Shown: positions 12,796 through 24,303 of the stretch, one piece after another | Layout: the number at the start of each line of letters is the position of its first letter | Position numbering within the stretch: the stretch's first letter is position 1 | DNA from: Paecilomyces variotii | Taxonomy: Eukaryota | Direction: 5' to 3' (one strand) | NCBI GenBank assembly: GCA_004022145.1 | Contig: RCNU01000001.1 | Length of the DNA stretch: 64,000 nucleotides | Program-made: the position numbers and the translations under genes | Notes under the pieces: model-generated | The model's input: only the letters and a program-made list of their open reading frames with translations | Databases searched by the model: none | Told to the model about the DNA's origin: nothing

Positions 12796-15700
12796 AGGAA
12801 ACTTCGTCTTTTCTGAAGACGGCGTGTTTGACTAGCTGTCGTTGGATATTGTTCATTGTAGCCTTTTGGCTTTTTTTTTTTTTTTTTTGTATTTCGGTTA
12901 TAGATATTTCCCCGTCGCAACAGCTAACCTTGAAGGCAATGGACCGTAACTACCAAATCTCTATTCTATATTGCCGCTTAAAGATTAAACCTTAGCAAGA
13001 GACTCTGGATCTCAATGGCTGGTATCCCTGACCGATACAAGTCGGCCGTCAAACGGCATCAGACTAGTTAGTTAGACGTGTATATGGCCATCCATGGATA
13101 AGAAGAGTATCTAGAAGGGCCAACCAAATGCGTCAGGGAATGAGTGTCAATTATCAACCAGCAACTCACCCGATGATTTTGTATAGGAGACAAAGGAAGC
13201 GTCCTAAATTCTGTGATTACGAAATAAAATACCGGTCCTGCCTGCAGCTACCTCCAGCGTCCTTATTCTGACTACTATTTTCTTACCCCTCACGGGGAGA
13301 TCGTAGTTTATGCCACCCCCGCGTTGGAATTCCAAAATAATGCATTATTCCAAATACACCTCTTAGCCTGTTGGACTGCTGTAGGTTCTTACATAACCTT
13401 GCATCTTCGACACCGGGACCCCGGACAGCAAGAGGCATGCAATACCCCATACCATGGTCCTGGTGAGATTATGTGTAGATAGTCTCATGCGACGCAGCAT
13501 CGCCAGTTCTCGTCACGCACTAACCGACAATTTGGTAATTGATTCCATGCCATGTCTTCCCTCAAAGCTCCTGCATCGAGGGTTACATTCTTGAGTTCCA
13601 GGGAAAAGGTAGGACTGCCACATACAAACCCGGATACTTATAATCTCACCCGGGATACCCCGGACATACGTCTCCCATTGATTATTCGAGGAGATAGCAG
13701 ATTCTATACTCTTAAATTGACAGCCGACACTCCGCCTAACAAGATGATGCCACCGCGCATAACGCGGGTCGGTCCAGATCGTCGGATACCCATGGTTGTT
13801 GAAGTTGTTGGGTCAGAAGCCATATCCCCGAAAGATGACTTGGATAACTAACAGCGGTAACCATGTCAGCAGTAGAAGGGATATTCAGAACCAAACGCTT
13901 GGGTCCTGCAGCGAAACCCAACCTAAATCAACTTTGTCATGCTAGAATGCGCAGAACGCGCCCCTAGTTACATGCTGCTATGCTGACATGCTTTACATCA
14001 TGGTGCTTACATGGGTCTTGCCCGAGCGGTCTAAACTGATCGATTCTCACCGTTTATTTCCCCGTGCATGTCGGATAGGCATCATGTTAAGGACCGGTCA
14101 GAGAAACGAGAGAGATTCTATGCCCATTTAGCCTGTAGATGCATCCCCGCCTACTAATGCGTAGAGATTGTTGCCTGTAGGTAGATGTGTGCCAATACTT
14201 GCCTTTTATTCGTACGCTAGATACACATATTGCAGTCGGCAAGAAGACGACGACTAAGAGCCAATGTCTGATTCTTCAGAAAATGTATCTAAGGATGAGG
14301 AGGCAGCAATAATGGAGACGAAAGCGACAAAATTCAAGGAATGAAATGCAGGACGCCATGGAGCTCTCCGATGATCAAGTCCCAAAGGGAAATGATAAGT
14401 TTTTAGGACAGTTTATAGCTTGTAGCCAGCCAAATCACTAATATCCGTCACAATGAACGGAGGGGCAAGTATCGACATCATGCTGTAAAAGAATTCTCTA
14501 CTAGTAGTAGCTGGGCGGGACCATTCTGAATAGGTGTTTGTTTCCAACGAACTCAATATTAGCTTAGACGCTATATCCCTTTATATATATCAGGGACCGC
14601 GAGACAGAATTTGAAAAGAGTATACGGGCTGTTATCTTTGGGTTATTAACTACCGTGTCGATCTATATCAATAGATAATCTAGAAGGCAGCCCATATCTT
14701 TCCACTTGAAAAGGAAGGCTATAAGGTTAAAAATAAATGATTCCAGTCGATAGATTGTTGATATAGATACAGGAAACACTTCTATTCTTATTATTTCGAT
14801 TCAGAATAGCTTTCTCCTTCAAGCAAATATATAACTATTAGATATTCGATGACTAAGTAGACCTAGATGTAAGGGGTATTTTGTCAATTTATCTAGAGGA
14901 CAGCTACAAAATTACTTGATATATTCCTGATAGATAGGGGTTAAATAACCATATGTAGAAAAACCTACCGATTCAAATCGCTTCTTAAATAATCCAAGAA
15001 CCTTCTTCTATAAGGGCACTTTAAACAGAGTATTCTTGGAAAGACAAGGGGAGCTAGGAAGCTTTTGTTTAGATATAACTTCCAACTAGTGTTTAATATA
15101 TTAGGAAAGATTCTAGAGGGGCCATTCCCGATTCAATAGTCCAAAACGGAACTTTCGGCTAGACTATGGGGGTGGCCATAAGATCAGGGCCTGCTCTGGT
15201 AATGTGATACGGAGGGATAGAAGACCAAAAGAAGGGATATGGATGGCACAAGTAATGCGAGACGAACAGTAGGTTTCCATTCTGTCTCTTATATTATGGT
15301 TTCCTGATATGATAGCATGTTTGCACATAGTAGTCGGGGTCATACGGATTGAGATACGAGATTCCTTGCAAGAATATATAACGTATAGCCGGCGAGAGAA
15401 TGAGAGCTGGGAGGGAAAGCAAAAGGATGTAAGTAGGCTCAAACATGCTTTCTTTAACTTCGCAATAAATAAATATCATATACAAAGTTCACTAGCTCAT
15501 TGCATCATGATATTGTCTGGACTGAGGACCTATCTCAAAATCTCGACGTATACTTCCAGGTGTTACCCGAGAATGAAGCGACCGGATGCAGCTGCGTATA
15601 CTTAGTTGAGAGAGGGGGAAGTTATCATAGCCGAAGAAAAATTGAAAAAACGGATACTACAAATTCGTGGAAAGAAGGAAATGATGGAAGATGGTTGGAC

Positions 15701-17889
15701 AACTTAGGTATTTGCTTTCGTCTCTGGTGCTGCTAACCCAAACCGGACCAACGCAGAAGTAGGCAGCTATTTCCTACATTTAAACATCGAAAGCAATTAA
15801 AAAGAGAATCAAGAGCGACGAGCTAAATGCTGGCAATATTGTTATAGTGTGTATTTTGCATGATTAGCGAGATATCCGCGTCGAATTCTGTCACCGCTCC
15901 CTCGTTCCCATCATGCTGGCTTTCCCATACTTCGAGGTGAAAACTGGAGCAGATAGTTGTTGTACTGTACATACGTTTGAGCCTCTAGACTAATTTCACC
16001 CAGTTTCCGCTCTTTTGTCGATTGACCTTATTTATGACTCAAGCTCAGACATGCTGATTGCTGATACGAGGAGAACAGTTCAGTGGAGATCCTCAGCCCT
16101 ATGGCACTAAGATGCGGCCTGGATGAGCACGAACGTCGTGACCGCCAATCGCCCTGAACACGAGACACCCATTGGCCAAAAGGCGGCGAACGTTATATAT
16201 GCAGATAGAAGCTAACTTCATCATATACTTTCGGAGTGACCATTATCAAACGGCTGTGCAGCCTGTCTATCCGTGTCACTGTTGATTGCCTGAGAATTGT
16301 GGCGAGCTGAGAGTCGGAACCATGTAGCCTGAGGCAGTGCTGGCTCACCGTTCCCACAAGCGCTACAGAATCCATCTGAGCCCGGATCTGGAGGGGATAC
16401 TATCGGGATATGATAGTGAATGGGTCCTGCAAGTAAGGAATCATTTACATACAGCGGAAATTCTCCGCTTGCTGACCGATACCGCTCTCAAGGTTCCCAC
16501 AGGAACAACGGGAGAAGACTGCCTAATGGTACTCCACAGTACAGTGCACGGCTCTCACTGGATTACAAGAGAGTAATATCACCGGGAAGGCTTCCGTAAG
16601 GCTGAGCAAGGATGGTGGGCAGCGGAAAGATGTCCCTCGTGCATTAGCAATGGAGAAGTGACCCAAGAGAAACCACAAGAGATATTGGGATCAGCAGAAT
16701 AGGGGAGCAACATGATATTATCGACTTTCTTTCATGTCTGCAGGGGCATAGCAGCTGAAACCGACATTAGTCTACTTCAAACCACCGCCAGGACCGTCGA
16801 GAGGAATAACTGTATGGACACCATCATTGGACTTCGTTCAAGCCATGGTGTCCCTGTCAGTTTCTAAGTCTACATCCAATCGTGATTTTACAAGGACTCG
16901 ATATATTCAACGTCGCCGAGGATATTTAGCCCCTTCCAGGGTCTCTGGCCGTCATCAGCAACCTTTCCACTTCCATCGACGGGCAGAACGCCACGGCCAT
17001 TCGTGAAAACAATGCCTACCACTTGTCTTTGACTCGGAGATTTCGCGTATGCAGGAAGCAAAACACCCTAACCAATGGCCGGATCAAGTCAGGGATGATA
17101 CTCTGAAAGACATCGGCTGTTGAAACCTAGAGACCCACCATCCGAAATCCTTCTAGGACCGGGATAACCGCCTCTAGAATGGTTATGGCCCCCTTTCCGC
17201 GTGGCAAATGTTGCAGAAACATCCGAGACTGTGTAACTATTCAAAGCACTGGATACTGGAGCTAGGTCACGAGGCGTACCGCAGATATAGCAGCCCATTG
17301 GCATGTTGTTTATACGAGAGACCTTGCGCTAATGGGGAGTAGGATTCAAAATTCCGCGTTGATGAGGCGTAAATTCTGTCTGAACGGAGATTTATAATAA
17401 TCAAGCTAGAGAAACTCATGCGGGAACCTCGATTCCGTAGATAGCACATGTGATGCCAAATATAGCAGTAGCAATATATTTCATCCCGCTGAGCTTACCC
17501 CGCGGATATAGCTTCGTTACATTGAGAATAATTTGATCATAGAGAGATATGTCTATGCCCTTCATTACAGCAGCGGAGAATCCCACAGCTCATACTTGGA
17601 AATCCATAGTTCCGCTGCAGATTAAGGCCCGGCGATGTGACTTGACGTTTAAAAACTACTCCGGTTTTGAGCCGCGTCTATAGATTAACATGGAACTTTA
17701 ACTTGTTTTACTTCTAGCATGTCTATATAGAAGTATTAGCGCCTTAGAGAAGTGCGTTACTACAACTACGAACGTTTTCAATGAAAGAAATTCTAAAGTT
17801 CTAGAGTCCCTTTGAAGATAAGTAGTCAAATGTATAGAAACACTCTGTGCAGATTTACAGATCCGTCTCCACAGTTGTATATGTACTGA

Positions 17890-18849
17890 TCTCATTTGCG
17901 AAGCCTTTCTAAACGACAACTGCTGATCCATGACCTCAGTTACCTGCTTCTCAAAGGACCTCCACTTAGTTCCGAGCTCTCTTTCTGCCTTGGTCGTATC
18001 AACGTCCCAAGCATGTCCGGGTGTATCTCGAGTTAGGCCGAACCCGACAGTGGGATATCATTTCTTCAGGAGGGCTACAACATCAATCCATGTGTGTTTC
18101 CCAGCTGTGAGAATATATTTCGAGCCATTGGCTACCTTGTCATCGAGGGTTCTGATGTGTGCCTCTGCCACGTCTAAGATGTGGACTGAGAGTAGACTCA
18201 CGACAGGGTTTCCGGTCATGATCGTACCGAATAATAATCCATCTGCACCATTCGCGACTTCTTCGGTGGTAATTTGTAGCGGATTATGTCAATAAACAAA
18301 AGAATGATGTATAGTGACGAGGAACAATGCTGAAGAGGCTGTTTTCTTGAATTTCCAAGAAGCATTGTTAGCAACGATCTTGGAAGGATGATACATGTTC
18401 ATTGCAGTTGAGAAATCGTGAAGGGTTTCTCCATTCGGTACACCGGACATAGGAACCAAAGCAAGAATCGATGATGTGACAATGACTTTATTGATGCTGG
18501 GGATTTTTGCTGCTGCCTTCAATATAGCGATTGTGCCATTAGCTGCGGGTTTGAAGTATGTCTCCTTATTGGTAGCATCCGGACCTGGCGCTGCAATAGG
18601 GGAGGCCATATGGAGGACATAATATACTCCATTGAGCTTCCCAGAAAAAGAAGATTCGTGTGTGAAGTCAGACATCAAAACGAACTATAGCTGGTCGACA
18701 TACTCGGGCAAGAACTTCTTCAGTTTTTCGATCTGACTTTATCTTCGGCCGCTGATCCTAAGACGATATCCTGCTTTGACTGCCTCACGAGTAGTCACAC
18801 TGCCAATAAAGCCAATTGCCCCGGTGATGAAAATTAGACTTGATGGCAT
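17890..18849 (-). pseudogene. NAD-dependent epimerase/dehydratase (aldehyde reductase II/GRE2-like extended SDR) pseudogene
   Basis: ATG at 18849 gives MPSSLIFITGAIGFIGS (Rossmann motif), then VLHMASP, VIVTSS, catalytic YHPSK, VHILDVAEAHI and DTTKAERELG. All lie in one frame, interrupted by stops at 18739-41 (TAA), 18685-87 (TAG), 18289-91 (TGA) and 18058-60 (TGA). The 3' end is approximate. Confidence 0.85.
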
Positions 18850-19354
18850 TTTGAGATTTTCCTTAAATAATGAATTCTATTAATTGGCTTTTGAAGATTT
18901 TGAAATAATGTGTCTCCAGGTGGTATAAATATAAATTATCTCAAGATTCTCAGTAAAGATGTTCAGTAATCAACAATTCTTGTTCTAATTGCGGCTACAC
19001 TGAGTTACTACTTATACAGTTATGTCTTTGTTATCCCAGCTCAACAGCATGATGGCGATTACTGATGAAAGCATAACAGTCCCTAACTTCTAATTCCTCT
19101 GAACCCGATTTATGTTCATCCAAGCCATATTTAATGCCGTCGACACTACAGATTAGGAGATGGTTTCCTATGTTTTCCTGTATAATGTGGTATCGTACAC
19201 GCCAAATCCAAAACTCATTACTCCAGCGTAATAATGTCCATCCGATTCCGAACCCTCCTAGCCCAGCTTGTCGTACAGTAAGAAACTCCAAGGAAAGTTA
19301 ACTAATTCCCTTCTATCGCAAGCAGAGTAGCGAAGACGGCGAATATCTCTAAAG

Positions 19355-21503
19355 TCACACTGAATGCGATGAACCAGGTACCATATCTGGTGATTGGAAC
19401 GACGTGACATGCTGCTCTCCGGACAGATTATTTACAAGGTGGCCATGAGCGACAGACATGTGAGATGAGTGAGATGACAAATTCCGCAGAGGTATTGTAT
19501 TGGATGGCATCGGTTTCGAACCGCTTTCACTACCTTCCATATGGCCTGGTCGCGTCTGCTCCCTGGTGGAAAGCCAATCGAAAAGCCTATCGAGTAAGAG
19601 AACTAAAGAGTCAGTATACTGGAGGCGTAGTGACAAGTGTCGCACGAACCGGTGAATAGTACCAGAGTGACAGTGAAAAGTATCATAGGGCTGGTCATGA
19701 AATGGTATGCAAGCTTGAATTCCAGCGCGAATAAGATTAACCCAGCCAGAAGAAGCGCAAGGACAATGCGTGTTCCGACAGCTAGATATCTGTACAGCCT
19801 GCGATGATGACGCCGCGTGAGGAAGGTGAACACCGAAAAGGAAGCCATGGTTAGGGATGCCACGACAAAGAAGTACACGTAGACAAAACTGAGAAGTTGA
19901 AGGTACATGATTAAGAACTTGTTCTTGTCAAGCTGACTCGTGTCATTTCCCTTCGAGGGAGCTATTCCCATACTCGAAAACAAGGCCGCAGTCACGTTTC
20001 TCATTAGATTCTCGGCTCGATCTTGAGTTAGAGAATAATGAGCAGAGTGGCTTGAAGGGCAAAGAGGCTGGTCTGCCAGCGCATTGATGATTGAATCTAT
20101 TGATTCTTTTTCCTTCAACGCCCCCCGAGAATAATCGATTTCCATGTCCACAATTGTACTATTCAGAAGCCTCACTGCGCGGGCAGGGTCAGGACGAGGC
20201 CTCTCGCACACGAACAAAATTGTCTCTCCAAGGTATCTCAATTTGAGTGAGATGTCTAGGGTCAGAGCAAGGATTTGAGACCCTTCGAGGAGAAGAATGA
20301 GAACAATATGAAAAGGGAAATGCAGCTGAGTCCATATCTGTTGACGGATCTTCCCATACTTCATCCGCGGGGATAGATCAAAATATGACTGCCACACGAG
20401 ATACTGTGAAGAAAGAATTAGACTCCCTGAATCATATAGAAGACGAGAGACTTACAACTGTGGTCGTCACACCGAGGATATGGACGAATGACCATTTAGT
20501 CCAGCCTCCTCCTCCAACAGTCTTGTTAACGATCCTAGTGACAGAGATCACACCTTCTCCGATAATGATCAATGTCAGGAGCCCCATCCTCACATTGAGA
20601 TGCGTATCCTCAAATCCTATGCCCGGTGTCTCGCCGGAGATTCCCATGATGACGACCATCTCAACAGCAAATAAGGCGAACCATACGATCCAGACGTATG
20701 ATCGACTGCTTCTTGGAGTGCCGAAAGCAAAGTATAGCTTCAACTAGTCAGCAAATGCCTGTCGCAAAATAAGGTAATATATCTTTCGACTCACCCCAGT
20801 ATAGATGGCGCTTGTAATCAACAGTACCGCGATTATAACGACCATACCCTTAAATGCAGTCCTCATTTTCTTACGCATGAACCTCAGATTTATGGAATAC
20901 TGAACTGCCAGCATCAGCCTACTAACGGCGAGAAGAACAGTGAGCGCTTTGAATGCCCAGACATTTTCGTCTCGTATCCTTGTGGTGAAGCGGGACCCGG
21001 CAGAGGCAAAGCCGACCATTGTCCCAAGCTGAACAACTTTGCATATCCTTTCGAATACGGAGTCGCGTGCGAACCGAATGTCGAATAGAGTCACTTGTAG
21101 CCACGTAAACCATATCACCCCAAGAAAGCCAACGTAAGCCCAGAGAGCTGTTTGTAAGGTCAGACCGAATAGCGTCCTGGAAGCAGGTAGAAATGATACC
21201 TTCTACATTGTTTATCTCATGCGTGGCGGTAAAGGTTGATAAGTTTGCGACTAAAGCTAAATCATAAAAGAGCTCTGTCGGAGTTGCATCTGAATGGCGA
21301 TAGAGATGAGGTGGATTCCCGTCTTTTTCGTCTATAGGACTCTCGAACCAGGGAATGACATCGCGCTGCGTGCTAGAACAACATCAGAAACGGTAGAACG
21401 TGACGTGAGAAGATAGAGAGAGGATCAAATGTTCTTACTATGGCTTTTGTGCTATCCTACGTAACGGTTCCCGGAAGAACGATAGAAATGGCTGGCGGCC
21501 CAT
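19355..21503 (-). CDS. LtrA-like (low-temperature-requirement A family) multi-pass membrane protein, multi-exon
   Basis: Spliced exons give ATPTELFYDLALVANL, WFTWLQVTLFDIRFARDSVFERICK, HLNVRMGLLTLIIIGEGVI and QQIWTQLHFPFH, with many TM segments. Joins ORFs 20744-21118, 20432-20743, 19603-20397 and 19355-19645 through GT-AG introns. Confidence 0.75.
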
Positions 21504-21716
21504 GCTGCAGAGAAGATCTGTAGTGTAATATATATTCTAACTGGGTATCATAATATCGTAGGAAGACGAGAATAGTCAAGGACATGAATATAATACATGG
21601 AGAATAGGAGCAGGAGATTGAAGAGGCAAATGAAAGACTATGTGTATCTGAAGGAAGGTGCCATTTCCAGCCCGAGTGATAGCCTTTCCAACGGAGAGAT
21701 TGAGGACCGTCCAGTA

Positions 21717-23001
21717 TTATGATGATGCCTCACTTGGGGAAGCTGCATTAGGCGTCGCCATCGATGTCCCGAGACTCTCGAGACCGCGGTAGTTCTGGAT
21801 ATCGTCACCTGGTAGACCCCCTTCAGCACTGGGACTGAGACCTGCCTCCGATCTGAGTCTCTCATAGTTATCCCCTGCTTCTTTGATCAAAGCTTGAATT
21901 TCCACTTCGCGAGTGGCTATATCCGCCTTTTCCTTCCGTAACTCCTCCATCCTGTTGATTAGTTCTGATTTTGACACTTCCATCGCGGCTAATGATGCAC
22001 GCAGGCGGCTCAGGCTATCTGAGAGACGAGGCAGTGATGTGATCTTAGGAGGCGTTTTCGGCCTCTCAGGATGATCAGCACGGTCGTGCCCCATCGCCGC
22101 CTGCCTCTGCGCAGCTTCATAAGCGGCCTTGCGCTCAGCATCGGAATCGTCCTCATCAGACGTATCCTCGGCCTCTTCGATCAGGTCGCGCATCTCTGCG
22201 CGTTTCCTTCGTTGCTGTTCCCGTTCAGACTTCTTTCCCAATGAGATTCTACCATCCTCAACGTATTCGTCGAAGCCTTCTGCGAAGTCTTCATCGTCAC
22301 GCACAAGCCTAGTTTCCTCTTTCTCCCTCTTAGGATCCAGAGACAAATAGTCCTCCTCTTCCTCAATGCCTTTATCCAGAGAAATGAAATCCTGCTCCCT
22401 CGCTAACCGAGCCCTCCTAGCCTTTTTCTCCCGGATTTCTGCTTCGCTTGGAATAGAAGTGGGCCTAGATATTTCCATCACCTCTCCAAATTTAGCAGCT
22501 ACATCCACGCCTTGGTTTAGCTCCTCGTCGCTCTGTACGGAACTCTGCTGTTTTGGTGTTGATGGGGTGGAATCGCGCAATTCCTTGAGATAATCTTGAT
22601 TGTAAACGGGGCGATCCTGATCTTGCCCGACTCGAATTGGGAGATGGTCCGACGATCCGGAAGGAGACCATGAACGCTGGAGAGCGCTTTTCTCTAGGGC
22701 CCGTCTTCCCAGTCCGGGTCGTTTAGGCGTTACGACTTCACTTTGGTCTTCATCTTCGGCCATAGACGTCTCACCTGGACCGAAAGAAAGACGCAGCTTT
22801 GACTTCTGTTTTGACTTCGCCGGTCTCTTGACGACAGGTTCTGCATCTGTATGAGAATTGGTTAGATCGACCCTACCCATACCAAGCATGATGACATCTT
22901 AAGTGGCGGAGAAGCTCACCTTGTACGGTGCTGTTTTCCTCATCTTCTTCAACGGGACCTACCCTGCGCGCTTTGTTACGATTCTTGAAGAGAGAACTCA
23001 T
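21717..23001 (-). CDS. ntr2: Nineteen-complex-related protein 2 (Ntr2-domain spliceosome disassembly factor)
   Basis: MSSLFKNRNKARRVG start, intron 22847-22919, KSKLRLSFG, IPSEAEIREKKARRARLA, EDFAEGFDEYVEDGRISLG and a C-terminal coiled coil, as in fungal NTR2-domain proteins. Confidence 0.75.
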
Positions 23002-23205
23002 TATTGTCAGGCTAAAGACAACTGGAACAGAGACTGTGTTGCGGTATCCAGGCAGTGCAACAGTTGCTCTTCCGCGCTTTTGAAGCTGCGCCGGATCATT
23101 GTTGTTCCAGCGCAGCTCTCCCATTTGGTCGCCAAGCAAGTCACGGCCGCTTCTTCACAACGCGGAGACATCAGGAGAGGAAGACAACATCACAGGCTTG
23201 ACAAG

Positions 23206-23722
23206 ATGCCTCAAGCTCAGCCTGAACTCAAGAAGGTACGTTGGATAATTACTATACAATACCAGTGCCTGTGAACTGACTAGTTGGTTGTCTGTAGTAC
23301 ATGGAAAAGCGGTTGTTCGTTCAACTGAACGGCAACCGCAAAGTCATCGGTATCCTCCGTGGCTACGATGTACGACCCATTTCCCCGCTTATATCTCCCA
23401 GGCATACTTGATTACTGCTATCCGAGTGCACTTCAGACATAATTGACTGACTTGCGTGCTGCGTAGGTCTTCATGAACATTGTCCTTGACGAGGCCGTCG
23501 AAGAGAAGAGCGGCGGCGAGAAAGCGAGACTCGGCATGGTGGTAAGGAGCACAAATATCTCCAGGAATCACTTTCTTTCATCGTTGCTGATCATGAGTTT
23601 AGGTCATTCGTGGTAACTCGGTCGTCATGTTGGAGGTTTGTAATCCCTGTTACCGGATAGCGATAAGAGATTGATTGCTAACATTTGCAATACAGGCGCT
23701 CGAACGGATAAGCGACAAATGA
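23206..23722 (+). CDS. smG: Small nuclear ribonucleoprotein Sm G, 5 exons (missed by the ORF track)
   Basis: Spliced product [78 protein letters not shown], with Sm1/Sm2 motifs and four canonical introns. Confidence 0.95.
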
Positions 23723-24303
23723 TCAAACTAGCAGACTACCCAGATTTCAGATACAGAACTGATTTGAGAATGACGATACCTTGTATGGCGGGGGTTACAT
23801 GTTTACTATAACCAGGGAGTTCATGGGCCGGTTATTCGCGACTAAGGGAAAAGAAAAAAGCAACTATTCCATAGATACAACTACGGATGTCACAATAGTG
23901 CACTTGCAAACTTGATTATATCTCACTTTATATTGAGTCTGCCTTCCTCTGATAGCCATGTAATATCTTCGATTAGCATGTCATTGTAATCGAGTGGTTT
24001 CGCTGGAAGCAGGTACGCCTCATGCTCGAATTGACGACTTCATCCGAACATAGGAAGGGGGCAAAAGAAAGCAAGAAGGAAAGAAACTCCACGCCTTCAA
24101 GGCACGCCAAAGTTGACCCCCTTTCCTTCCCACCCATAATTCACGAAACAAACAGGTATGAGAATACACTTCGATCAAAAATAGCACATAGAATGCCCCA
24201 AATATATTTTTGATGAAAAAACGAAAAAGGAAAATGCAATAGAACGGGGAATGAATACCAGTGATATCAGCAGCACGGTATTCATGCGGGTAATCTCTTG
24301 CGA

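Noticed and set aside
17890-18849. Stop-codon readthrough or recoding in the reductase
   Set aside because: All three stop types occur and neighbouring genes use the standard code; decay is the simpler explanation
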